The position numbers and the translations under genes are program-made. Shown piece after piece: positions 1 through 8,466 of a stretch of 39,615 bases of DNA. How positions within the stretch are numbered: the stretch's first letter is position 1; every line of letters begins with the position of its first letter. The stretch lies in the NCBI GenBank assembly GCA_035564095.1, contig DATMTQ010000125.1:1-39615 (forward strand), written 5' to 3'. The notes below the pieces were generated by a model, which saw only the letters and a list, made by a program, of their open reading frames with translations, was not told the DNA's origin and searched no databases. Source of the DNA: Microbacterium sp. Its GTDB lineage: Bacteria > Actinomycetota > Actinomycetes > Actinomycetales > Microbacteriaceae.

Positions 1-37
1 GGAAGCTGCCCGAACCGGCGGTGGATGCCGGCGGCGA
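1..37. repeat. 37-bp exact direct repeat, copy 1 (copy 2 at 724-760)
   Basis: GGAAGCTGCCCGAACCGGCGGTGGATGCCGGCGGCGA at 1-37 and 724-760; offset 723 bp, in frame. Confidence 0.95.
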
Positions 38-1280
38 CTGGCCACGACCAGGCCACGGCCGCGGGTCCGAGCGCGGAGGGCGTGCGCAGCTCCAGCTGAC
101 CCGCCTGCGCGATCGCGGTCAGCGGGATCGCACCGAGGTGCACCGCGCCGAGTTCGCGCACGTCCAGCACGATGTCGGGCTCCGCGTCGGTGCGGGTGAC
201 CTCCGCGTGCCCGAACGCGGCTGCCTGCACCCGCCAGCGGCCCGCGTTCGCCGGGAGCATGGCGTCCGTCACCTCGAGCACCACGTCCACGTCTGCGGCG
301 TAGCGGCGCTCGGACAGGGCGCGTGGCAGGTCGAGGATGCGCACCCAGGTGTGATCGAACAGGGTGGGGTCGGCGGCGCGCGGGTCGATAAGCAGACGCG
401 TGATCGGGTCGTCGACGGGGAGGTTCGAGATCTTGACCCGGCTCATGAGGTCGAGGTCCAGCAGCACCGACCACAGCCGCCGGGCGGAGGCGGCATCCAG
501 CGCGACCGCTTCGCGCACGTCGACCGTGCCCTCCGGGCCGACGCCACCCCATTTCAGGCTGCGGCGGAACGTCGCGTACGCGGTGGGCCGCCCGTCGGTG
601 TCGTGCACGATCGCGATCCGCCGCGACTCGTGCGGACCGCGCAGCTTCTGCGGATCGGAGGCGTGCGACGTCTGCAGCTCGGGCGTCTCGCGCGTCGCCC
701 ACCCGGGCCGGCCGAGGCCCTCGGGAAGCTGCCCGAACCGGCGGTGGATGCCGGCGGCGAGTTCGCCGTGAGCTGCGGCATCCCATTCCGCGAGCGTCAC
801 CTCGAGGGCATCCGAGCCGGGAACCTCCCGCAGCGAGGCACCACGCGGGATCGTGAGGGACAGCACGTTAGCGGCCAGGCCGTAGCCGAAGCGGCCGTAG
901 ATCGACGGCTCCGAGGCGGTCAGAGCCGAGATCGCCTCGCCCGCCGCCAGGCAGTCCGCGAAATGGTGCTCGATCATCGCGCGCAGGATGCCGCGTCGCC
1001 GGTGGCCCGGGTGCACGCCGACCCACGTCAGCCAGCCGCACGACACCTCCGCTCCGGGCACCGGGTAGGCACGCAGCGGATAGGCGGCGTGGAAGGCGGT
1101 GAGGTCGGCGGATCCGGTGCGCTCGACGCCGTAGCTGCGATCCCACGACAGCGACGACGGGAGGTCGAGGAAGGTCTCGACGGAGTGCTCCGACGGGAAC
1201 GCCCACATGTCGAGGGTCAGCACATCGCGCAGGCGCGACTCGGGCACAGGGAGGATGCGGTAATCGGAGGGAAGCGGCAT
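1..1280 (-). CDS. eis: Eis-family GNAT acetyltransferase (no stop codon inside the window; 3' end rearranged)
   Basis: Manual minus-strand translation from ATG at 1280: MPLPSDYRILPVPESRLRDVLTLDMWAF...LTWVGVHPGHRRRGILRAMIEHHFADCLAAGEAISALTASEPSIYGRFGYGLAA (acetyl-CoA motif and Eis signature). About 426 codons open to the edge, so absent from the ORF track. Confidence 0.9.
   Translation of the reverse strand, partial: MPLPSDYRILPVPESRLRDVLTLDMWAFPSEHSVETFLDLPSSLSWDRSYGVERTGSADLTAFHAAYPLRAYPVPGAEVSCGWLTWVGVHPGHRRRGILRAMIEHHFADCLAAGEAISALTASEPSIYGRFGYGLAANVLSLTIPRGASLREVPGSDALEVTLAEWDAAAHGELAAGIHRRFGQLPEGLGRPGWATRETPELQTSHASDPQKLRGPHESRRIAIVHDTDGRPTAYATFRRSLKWGGVGPEGTVDVREAVALDAASARRLWSVLLDLDLMSRVKISNLPVDDPITRLLIDPRAADPTLFDHTWVRILDLPRALSERRYAADVDVVLEVTDAMLPANAGRWRVQAAAFGHAEVTRTDAEPDIVLDVRELGAVHLGAIPLTAIAQAGQLELRTPSALGPAAVAWSWPVAAGIHRRFGQL
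724..760. repeat. 37-bp exact direct repeat, copy 2 (native position inside eis)
   Basis: Identical to 1-37; encodes AAGIHRRFGQL on the minus strand. Confidence 0.95.
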
Positions 1281-1437
1281 CCTCCCAGCATCGTGCAGGG
1301 AGGACCCGCCGTCCAGGAGGCCGGAGTGAGGGCGCCGCAGCGGCCGGGGAGATGCCGCGGCGCCCCCGCGCACGGCGTGGACGTCCATGTGGGGGCGGCC
1401 CGGCAGAGCCGCCCGCCGACGTCCGCGCGATGCGCAG

Positions 1438-1504
1438 TCGCCGAGATACGAGCGCGTGCCGGCGCCGTGCGCGCGGAACGTGCTCGTCCCTCCCGTCTCG
1501 GCGA
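1438..1504. repeat. Imperfect intergenic inverted repeat (REP-like hairpin)
   Basis: TCGCCGAGA (1438-1446) / TCTCGGCGA (1496-1504), with inner ACGAGCGCGT (1448-1457) / ACGTGCTCGT (1478-1487). Confidence 0.45.
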
Positions 1505-1617
1505 GGTCCGCGGACATGGCCGATGCCGCGGACGTGCAGTGGTCGCCGATGCGACCGAAAACCAGGTCGGGAGATGAGACTGCGGCTGCCGTGCGAGGCG
1601 CACGGTCGAGGCGCCGA

Positions 1618-2490
1618 TCAGCCCGGGGAGGTGTCCGTGGCGTAGACCGGGGAGTGGGGGATGCCGTCACCCGGCGATCCGCGGCGCAGCCAGGCACGGT
1701 ATGCCGCGAAGAAGGCGAGGGCGGACAGCGCTCCCGCCGCGCCGGTGCCGGCGCCCGCGGAGGAGCAGGATGCACCCGGTGCGCATGCGCCCGGGAACGG
1801 GAACGTCGGCGGGGGGCTGGTCGAAGAGGACATCCAGACCGGAAGGATGCTGCGGGAGGCGATCGTGGCGGCTGTCGCGAACGCGCGGGCCGGCAGCGCC
1901 AGATCCTGCAGGGGGCCGCCCACAAGACCCACGGCGGGCGGCGCCGGAGCGACGACACGCTCGAGGTCAGTCGGTCCGGGGGACCCGATTCCCGCCGTCG
2001 GCGGCTCGCCGGCGACCGCAGGCGTCGCGCCCGTGGCGAGGCCGGCGGCGGCACTCGCCACGGCGCCCACGATCGGGTCGACGACCGGGCTCACGACGCC
2101 GATGTCGAGCGTCTTCACGACGGGCGTCACCACGGTCGTCACAGCGGTCCGGACGGTGCTCCGCACGGTCTGGACGACCGGAGCGGCGACCGTGGCGGCG
2201 ACCGGGACCCGGTCGACTGTCGCGATCGCGGCATCCGTCGAGGTCGCGACGACCGTACCGGTCACCTGCCCGATCGTCCCGGTCGCGTCGCCCGTCGTGG
2301 CGGACACCGTGGCGGCGATGCCGCCGAGTGGACCGCTCCCCCCGGGAGACGTGGTGTCGGCGTGGGCGGCAGAACCGCCGAGCGCGATGCTCACGAACAT
2401 CCACACGAGCGCGCCGAGTGCACCGAGGGCGGCGAGCACGCCGAGGTGTGCGACCACGCCATTGCGTCGCTGCGTCACTGCTGCGCCCAT
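1618..2490 (-). CDS. Secreted/membrane-anchored Ala/Thr/Val/Pro-rich hypothetical protein
   Basis: MGAAVTQRRNG followed by a hydrophobic segment ending SAAHA (signal-peptide-like), low-complexity core, late hydrophobic stretch plus basic residues, C-terminus PVYATDTSPG. Confidence 0.7.
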   Translation of the reverse strand: MGAAVTQRRNGVVAHLGVLAALGALGALVWMFVSIALGGSAAHADTTSPGGSGPLGGIAATVSATTGDATGTIGQVTGTVVATSTDAAIATVDRVPVAATVAAPVVQTVRSTVRTAVTTVVTPVVKTLDIGVVSPVVDPIVGAVASAAAGLATGATPAVAGEPPTAGIGSPGPTDLERVVAPAPPAVGLVGGPLQDLALPARAFATAATIASRSILPVWMSSSTSPPPTFPFPGACAPGASCSSAGAGTGAAGALSALAFFAAYRAWLRRGSPGDGIPHSPVYATDTSPG

Positions 2491-2672
2491 GCTCGTCCCC
2501 ACCCGAAAATCCGACCGCCTGCCGAGGGGCTCCACCACAGCGTGATGGCAGCCGCCTCGCGGTCCTGAGGTGCCTGGATTTGCCACCGTACGCGCGGCCC
2601 CGGGCGGTGTCAACAGGAAATTCCCAGCCAGGCGCGCCCGGGCGCACGCCGACTTGCGCGCGCCCGCGATGT

Positions 2673-2867
2673 TGTGCATAACTTCGCGCGCGGAAAACCT
2701 TCAATGAGCACTTCAACCCACATATCCATCCACAGGGTGTGAAAGAAGAAGATCCAGATCACAGGCTGGATTTTGAAACGCTCGCGAACGATATCCCCCA
2801 CCTGTCCACAGGTGTTGTGCACAGACCTCGCGGCGTTTCGCGCAGGCTCTCCACAGAGTTATCCACA
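2673..2867. promoter_or_regulatory. Cluster of DnaA boxes upstream of dnaB
   Basis: TGTGCATAA 2673-2681 (minus TTATGCACA), CCATCCACA 2726-2734, TGTGAAAGA 2738-2746, CTGTCCACA 2802-2810, TTGTGCACA 2815-2823, CTCTCCACA 2847-2855, perfect TTATCCACA 2859-2867; locally AT-richer than flanks. Confidence 0.8.
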
Positions 2868-2960
2868 GGCCGTGTTGCCAGTGTCGGAACCCCTGCCTAG
2901 CGTTGGGTCTGGCCGCACGGGGGATGCCATCTCTCGCTGCGTCGGGAGGGAACCAGATTC

Positions 2961-4349
2961 GTGTCGATCGCTGACATCTCTGAAGAGCGCCTGGGGGGGC
3001 CTCGAGAATTCGAGCGCAAGCCCCCTCATGACGTCGTCGCGGAGCAGAGCACCCTCGGCGGCATGCTGCTGTCGAAGGACGCGGTGGCGGACGTCATCGA
3101 GTCGCTGCGGGGCACCGACTTCTACCTGCCCAAGCACGAACTGATCTTCGAGGCGATCCTGTCGCTGTACTCGCACGGCGAGCCGACGGACGTCGTCAGC
3201 GTGGGTGACGAACTCATGAAGACCGGCGAGCTCGACCGCGCCGGCGGCGTCGACTACCTGCACTCGCTGACGTCGATCGTGCCGACCGCGGCCAACGCCG
3301 GGTACTACGCGGGCATCGTCTCCGAGCGTGCGCTGCTGCGCCGCCTCGTGGATGCCGGAACCCGCATCGTGCAGATGGGCTACAACGGCCAGGGCGACGC
3401 CGTCGATCTCGTCAACAACGCGCAGGCCGAGATCTACGGGGTGACCGGCGCCGAGGCGGCCGAAGACTACGTGCCGCTCACGATCGCGGTCGACGCCGCC
3501 GTCAACGAGATCGAGGCGGCCCGTGGGCGCGACGGTCAGATGACCGGCATCCCGACCGGGTTCGTCGAGTTCGATCAGCTCACCAACGGGCTGCACCCCG
3601 GGCAGATGATCATCATCGCGGCGCGTCCGGCGATGGGAAAGTCCACGCTCGCGCTCGACTTCGCGCGATCGGCCGCAATTGCGAACAACATGCCGACGAT
3701 CATCTTCTCGCTCGAGATGAGCAAGTCCGAGATCGCGATGCGCCTGATGAGCGCCGAGGGGTCGGTGCCGCTGCAGTCCATGCGCAAGGGCACCCTCGAC
3801 TCCCGCGACTGGACGACCATCGCGTCGACCCGCGGCCGCATCAACGACGCGCCGCTGTTCATCGACGACAGCGCCAACATGACGCTCGTCGAGATCCGGG
3901 CGAAGTGCCGCCGGCTCAAGCAGAAGGTCGGCCTGAAGATGGTCATCATCGACTACCTGCAGCTGATGTCGTCCGGCAAGAAGGTCGAATCGCGTCAGCA
4001 GGAGGTCTCGGAGTTCTCGCGTGCGCTGAAGCTCCTCGCCAAGGAGCTGGGCGTGCCGGTCATCGCGCTGTCGCAGCTGAACCGCGGCCCTGAGCAGCGC
4101 ACCGACAAGCGGCCCCAGGTCAGCGACCTGCGCGAGTCCGGGTCGATCGAGCAGGATGCCGACATGGTCGTGCTGCTGCATCGCGACTCCGTCTACGACA
4201 AGGAGAACCGGCCCGGCGAGGCCGACCTCATCGTGGCGAAGCACCGCAACGGCCCGACCGCGACCATCGAGGTCGCGTTCCAGGGCCACTTCTCACGCTT
4301 CACCGACATGGCGCCGGCCGACTTCGGCGGCGGCGGGGACTTCGAGTAG
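2961..4349 (+). CDS. dnaB: Replicative DNA helicase DnaB
   Basis: PPHDVVAEQSTLGGMLL N-terminus, Walker A AARPAMGKS, IIDYLQLM, SQLNR, DLRESGSIEQDAD, AKHRNGP; 462 aa, no intein. Confidence 0.99.
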   Translation: MSIADISEERLGGPREFERKPPHDVVAEQSTLGGMLLSKDAVADVIESLRGTDFYLPKHELIFEAILSLYSHGEPTDVVSVGDELMKTGELDRAGGVDYLHSLTSIVPTAANAGYYAGIVSERALLRRLVDAGTRIVQMGYNGQGDAVDLVNNAQAEIYGVTGAEAAEDYVPLTIAVDAAVNEIEAARGRDGQMTGIPTGFVEFDQLTNGLHPGQMIIIAARPAMGKSTLALDFARSAAIANNMPTIIFSLEMSKSEIAMRLMSAEGSVPLQSMRKGTLDSRDWTTIASTRGRINDAPLFIDDSANMTLVEIRAKCRRLKQKVGLKMVIIDYLQLMSSGKKVESRQQEVSEFSRALKLLAKELGVPVIALSQLNRGPEQRTDKRPQVSDLRESGSIEQDADMVVLLHRDSVYDKENRPGEADLIVAKHRNGPTATIEVAFQGHFSRFTDMAPADFGGGGDFE

Positions 4350-4446
4350 AAGCTCCCGGCTGCGGCTGCCCGGGAATGCACGGCACCTCGGCCGCCGAGA
4401 GGGCCGCCAGATCCAGCATTGTGCGGGCGACCTCGGGGTGAGAGAA

Positions 4447-4463
4447 TTAGACCACTGGTCTAA
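4447..4463. promoter_or_regulatory. Perfect palindrome, probable TetR operator
   Basis: TTAGACCA-C-TGGTCTAA, 22 bp before the monooxygenase ATG; a TetR gene is in the same operon. Confidence 0.75.
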
Positions 4464-4485
4464 CCGGCACTCGGAGAGGTTGCCC

Positions 4486-5667
4486 ATGCGCGTCTTGATC
4501 GTTGGTGCGGGGATCGCTGGTCCCACGCTCGCGTACTGGCTGCAGAGGTTCGGCCACGAGGTCACGCTCGTCGAGCACGCTCCGAAGTTACGTGAGGGCG
4601 GCTACGTCGTGGACTTCTGGGGTGCAGGTTTCGATGTCGCCGATCGGATGGGGATCGTGCCCCGTTTGATGGACGAGGGCTACGTCGTCCGCGAGGCACG
4701 AGAGGTTTCCGGTGGTGGCCGTCGTATCGCCCACTTCGACCCGCGTCACGTGATCGGCATCAGCGGCGGCCGGTTCGTCACGATCGGGCGCTCCGATCTG
4801 TCGCGGGCCATCTATGACGCCGCGGACGGCAACGTGGAGGCGGTCTTCGGCGACACCGTGACCTCGCTGAACGACGACGGCGACCGTGTGCAGGTCGAGT
4901 TCCAGTACGCGGCACCGCGCGAGTTCGATCTCGTCGTGGGCGCTGACGGCCTGCATTCGCGGGTACGGAAGCTGGTGTTCGGCGCGGACGAGGAGTTCGA
5001 GCGGTATCTCGGCATCACCGTCGCCGCCTTCGATGTGGCGGGATATCGCCCACGCGACGAGCTGGTCGCGGTCATGCATACGGAGGTGGGCGATCAGGTG
5101 CTGCGCCTCGCGCTGCACGATGATGCGACGATGTTCTGCTTCATGTTCCGGTACGACGGCGAGGTGCCGCAGGACGACGTGGACGCCCAGCAGGAGCTCT
5201 TGCGGCGGCGCATGGGCGATGTCGGCTGGGAGGTCCCGGCGATCCTGGAGCGGATGCCGCTGGCTCGCACCTTCTTCCTGGACCGGGCAAGCCAGATCCG
5301 GATGCCGTCATGGTCGAGTGGCCGCATCGCACTGATCGGCGACGCCGCGGCAGCACCCTCGCTGCTGGCCGGGCAAGGTTCCGCGCTGGCGATGATCGAG
5401 GCCTACGTCCTGGCCTGTGAGTTGCACGAAGCGCACGGCGATCACCGGGCGGCGTTCACAGGATATGAGCGGCGGCTGGCACCGCTCGTGCGCGGTAAAC
5501 AGGAGGCCGCGACCAGGATGGGCGCCGCCTTCGCCCCGCGCAACCGCCTCCAACTGCTGCTGCGAAACGCCATCGTGGGCCTCATGGTGATCCCGCCGAT
5601 CGCGAACATGGCGATGGGGCGGAGCCTGGTCGACCCCATTCGCCTCCCTCCGGTTCCGGTCGGTTGA
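4486..5667 (+). CDS. FAD-dependent monooxygenase (FAD_binding_3, UbiH-like group A)
   Basis: MRVLIVGAGIAG Rossmann motif, DLVVGADGLHS (DG), LIGDAA (GD); GGAGAGG RBS before ATG 4486. Confidence 0.92.
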   Translation: MRVLIVGAGIAGPTLAYWLQRFGHEVTLVEHAPKLREGGYVVDFWGAGFDVADRMGIVPRLMDEGYVVREAREVSGGGRRIAHFDPRHVIGISGGRFVTIGRSDLSRAIYDAADGNVEAVFGDTVTSLNDDGDRVQVEFQYAAPREFDLVVGADGLHSRVRKLVFGADEEFERYLGITVAAFDVAGYRPRDELVAVMHTEVGDQVLRLALHDDATMFCFMFRYDGEVPQDDVDAQQELLRRRMGDVGWEVPAILERMPLARTFFLDRASQIRMPSWSSGRIALIGDAAAAPSLLAGQGSALAMIEAYVLACELHEAHGDHRAAFTGYERRLAPLVRGKQEAATRMGAAFAPRNRLQLLLRNAIVGLMVIPPIANMAMGRSLVDPIRLPPVPVG

Positions 5668-5671
5668 GCCC

Positions 5672-6286
5672 GTGGCGCGCCCGCGATTCCACGCGCTTCC
5701 CAGCGAACGACAGGGGGCCATCCTCGACGCGGCGCTCGACGAGTTCTCCGCTCACGGCTTCGCCGGGGCGTCGCTGAACCGGATCATCTCCGTGACGGGT
5801 GTCTCAAAGGGCTCGATGTACTACTACTTCGACAGCAAGGAAGACCTCTACGCCGACGTCCTCCGCAGACAGGTCGAGCGACTCTTTCAGGATGTGCCGC
5901 TGCCCGTTCCCGAGGCCACTGAGGCCGACGAGTTCTGGAACATCATCGAGGGGCACTATCTGCGGCTGATGCGGCTCCTCGTGGCGACACCTCAGACCGC
6001 TGCGCTCCTGCGCGATTGGCTGACCGGAGCCGCATCCCCGGCCCTGCGCGAAGCGCAGCACAGCGCCGAGCAGGCCACCCTCCCCTGGCTCGCGGAAACG
6101 GTCGCCGCCGGGCAGCGGATCGGTGCGATACGCACCGACCTGCCCGCGGACTTTCTGATCGCCGTCTTGCTCGGCATGGGGCAGGCAATGGATACCTGGC
6201 TCATCATCCGACCGCTCACGGAGCCCGAGCTTGCCGCCGACGTTCATGCAGCCATCGACATGATGCGTCGGGCCGTCTCGGCTTAG
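5672..6286 (+). CDS. TetR/AcrR family transcriptional regulator
   Basis: ILDAALDEFSAHGFAGASLNRII...GVSKGSMYYYFDSKEDL HTH. Confidence 0.95.
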   Translation: MARPRFHALPSERQGAILDAALDEFSAHGFAGASLNRIISVTGVSKGSMYYYFDSKEDLYADVLRRQVERLFQDVPLPVPEATEADEFWNIIEGHYLRLMRLLVATPQTAALLRDWLTGAASPALREAQHSAEQATLPWLAETVAAGQRIGAIRTDLPADFLIAVLLGMGQAMDTWLIIRPLTEPELAADVHAAIDMMRRAVSA

Positions 6287-6609
6287 GCGAACTCGCACGG
6301 TGGCCGGCCGCGCCGGGGACTTCGACGAGGTTTCGTACGGACAGATGGCTGTTTCCCTCCGTCCGGGCCTCGGCCGTGAGCCCGACTCGACGGCGTCTCG
6401 GTGCGGCGCAGAGTCGTCAGGGTGGCAGGGTCTCCCGATCCTGTATCGGATGCCGAGGCGCGCCTGGGCGTCGTGCTGACGGTGGAGGAGTTCGTCGTGT
6501 TGTACGGCTCGCGCACCGCGGTCGACGGTAAACCTTCTCGACCAGGGGTTTCCGCACTGCTATCGTTCGGGCAGCGCTTCGCAATCACCGTCGATCACCG
6601 AGGACTCCC

Positions 6610-7365
6610 ATGAGTGACCCCGTTCCGCCCGTCGTTCCTCAGCCCCAGTACAGCGCTCCCGCGTACCCTCCGCAGCCGCCGCAGCCGCAGTTCGGTCCTC
6701 CTCCGACGAACGTGCAGCCGAATGCGCAGGGTATGTACCTCGGGGCCGGGTCGCTGTGGTCGAGTCAGGTCCGTCCGCTTCGCGGCATCGGCGGCGTCAC
6801 ACGCGGACTGATCCTGGTGTCCGCGGTGCTGGCCCTGGGAAGCATCATCCTGGAGGGGTGGGGCATCGTCACGCTCGACGCCTACAGCCTCGGGTCCGTG
6901 GGGATCGGCGCGCTTCAGGCCTATGACTCGTTGTCGGTGCTGGTCGGCATCGTTTCGCTGGTCGTCTTGGTCGCCTCGGGGATCTGCTGGGTGGTGTGGC
7001 AGTACCGCGCTGCGGCATCCCTCCCGGTGGGCGTCCTGCGCCGCTCGCCCGGGTGGCATGCCGGTTCGTGGTTCATTCCCTTCGCGGGCGCGTGGATTCC
7101 TTTCCGGAACATCTCCGACCTCGCGCGTGGTTCCCGAGCAGCACTGGGAGGAGGCACCCGGGCAGCCTGGTGGGCGCTGTGGATCATGAGCGGGCTGACG
7201 GGCGGGATCGCGAGCCGCCTCCTGACCTCGGCCGACACGATCCCCTCCCTGACCGGCGCTCTGACGATCTCGATCCTGAGCGACGTGCTCTCCATCGCGG
7301 CCGCGATCTTCGCATGGATCGTCGTCGCACGCATCACCGACGCCATCGACCCCGCCTATCGCTGA
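6610..7365 (+). CDS. DUF4328-like membrane protein with Pro/Gln-rich N-terminus
   Basis: Four hydrophobic segments; WQYRAAASL...RRSPGWHAGSWFIP...WWALW pattern; GAGGA RBS. Confidence 0.8.
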   Translation: MSDPVPPVVPQPQYSAPAYPPQPPQPQFGPPPTNVQPNAQGMYLGAGSLWSSQVRPLRGIGGVTRGLILVSAVLALGSIILEGWGIVTLDAYSLGSVGIGALQAYDSLSVLVGIVSLVVLVASGICWVVWQYRAAASLPVGVLRRSPGWHAGSWFIPFAGAWIPFRNISDLARGSRAALGGGTRAAWWALWIMSGLTGGIASRLLTSADTIPSLTGALTISILSDVLSIAAAIFAWIVVARITDAIDPAYR

Positions 7366-7715
7366 AGCCGACCGGGGGACTCCTCGCCTTCGACGATCCC
7401 CTTCAGCACGCTCGTCGCGCCCATGCCGTTGGGCCAGCCGGCGTAGAACGCCAGGTGCAGCAGGGCCTCCTGCAGCTCCTGATCCGTGACTCCGTTCCGG
7501 CGTGCGAAGGCGAGGTGGAACTTCAGCTGCTCGGTCTTGCCCATCGCGGTCAGCGCCGCGACGGTGACCAGGCTGCGGTCGCGCTTGGACAGCCCCTCGC
7601 GTTCCCAGACCTCGTCGAAGAGGACCCGATCGGTGTAGTGGACCATCCCGGGCGCGAAGTCGCCGAAGGCGTTCTTCCCGCCGGTCCAGCCGGTGCTCCG
7701 CTCGTCGGTGCTCAT
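7356..7715 (-). CDS. Carboxymuconolactone decarboxylase (CMD) family protein
   Basis: VLFDEVWEREGLSKRDRSLVTVAAL...QLKFHLAFARRNGVT...HLAFYAGWP. Confidence 0.92.
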   Translation of the reverse strand: MSTDERSTGWTGGKNAFGDFAPGMVHYTDRVLFDEVWEREGLSKRDRSLVTVAALTAMGKTEQLKFHLAFARRNGVTDQELQEALLHLAFYAGWPNGMGATSVLKGIVEGEESPGRLQR

Positions 7716-7891
7716 GTCTGCTCCGTTCATCCGTGGACTGTTCCGCTGTCGCACTCCATCGAACCGCGGAACGGTTCAGATGTGGGAGGTCCCGTCGTGA
7801 GGGGTACTGGCAGGGGCTGGCATGTGTCGCGCACAGCACGTTGACTCGAGACAGTGGCATCCCCGCCGGGACCGAACTGAAGGAGCACGAC

Positions 7892-8326
7892 ATGACCGAC
7901 CGCGCATTCGACCAGATCTTCCCGTTGGGCGACCCGAACGACGCCTACGCGCAGTACTTCACCGGGCAGAGCTACAACGCCCTGCTGGCCGGCGGAAGCG
8001 TCCCCGTCAGCAACATCTCCTTCGAGCCGGGATGCCGCAACAACTGGCACATTCACCACGGCAGCGCCGGCGGAGGCGACCAGATCCTCATGTGCACGGC
8101 GGGCAGCGGGTGGTTCCAGGTCGAGGGCGAGGAGCCCGTCAGCATGCAGCCCGGCACGGTGGTCCGGGTGCCGGCCGGCACCAAGCACTGGCACGGTGCG
8201 AAGGCCGACTCGTGGTTCTCGCACGTCGCCTTCATCACTCCCGGCGAGGACGTCGGCAACGAATGGCTCGAGCCCGTCACCGACGAGGTGTACGGACAGC
8301 TGCGCACGAGCGGAGAGCAGGCGTGA
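7892..8326 (+). CDS. Cupin domain protein
   Basis: FEPGCRNNWHIHH...GSGW...PAGTKHWHGA; AAGGAG RBS before ATG 7892. Confidence 0.92.
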   Translation: MTDRAFDQIFPLGDPNDAYAQYFTGQSYNALLAGGSVPVSNISFEPGCRNNWHIHHGSAGGGDQILMCTAGSGWFQVEGEEPVSMQPGTVVRVPAGTKHWHGAKADSWFSHVAFITPGEDVGNEWLEPVTDEVYGQLRTSGEQA

Positions 8327-8412
8327 GCATCCTGAACGAGACCGATTCCCTGGGCAACGGCGTCGAGGTCCCCGAGCTGGGAGTCGGCAAGGAGGTTCGC
8401 ACGGACCGCTGA
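8323..8412 (+). pseudogene. 5' stub of an aldo/keto reductase
   Basis: GTGA overlap with the cupin stop; MSILNETDSLGNGVEVPELGVG resembles the AKR N-terminus (LxNGVxIPxLGLG), then stops after 29 codons. Confidence 0.65.
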
Positions 8413-8466
8413 TCGGGGCGCGCTGCATGTCCGACGGCACAGGCGACCCGGCGTAGGCTCGCCTCC

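Noticed and set aside
1-760. 37-bp repeat as a CRISPR repeat or att site
   Set aside because: Only two copies, 723 bp apart, in frame within one gene; no cas or integrase genes.
21-1577. 518-aa plus-strand ORF and similar long ORFs (2859-4289 -, 8053-10137 -, 12617-14809 -, 30357-32276 -, 32025-34112 +, 37028-39037 -)
   Set aside because: Antisense or alternate-frame shadows of recognisable genes in high-GC DNA; Arg/Gly/His-rich with no motifs.
2673-2867. The DnaA-box array as oriC
   Set aside because: No dnaA/dnaN in the window and no clear long AT-rich unwinding element; kept only as a regulatory or titration candidate.
2961-4349. Intein in DnaB
   Set aside because: 462 aa with contiguous helicase motifs; no insertion.
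6401-6613. 70-aa ORF with DAEARLGVVL, faintly SMI1/KNR4-like
   Set aside because: Match too short and no RBS; cannot be supported without a search.
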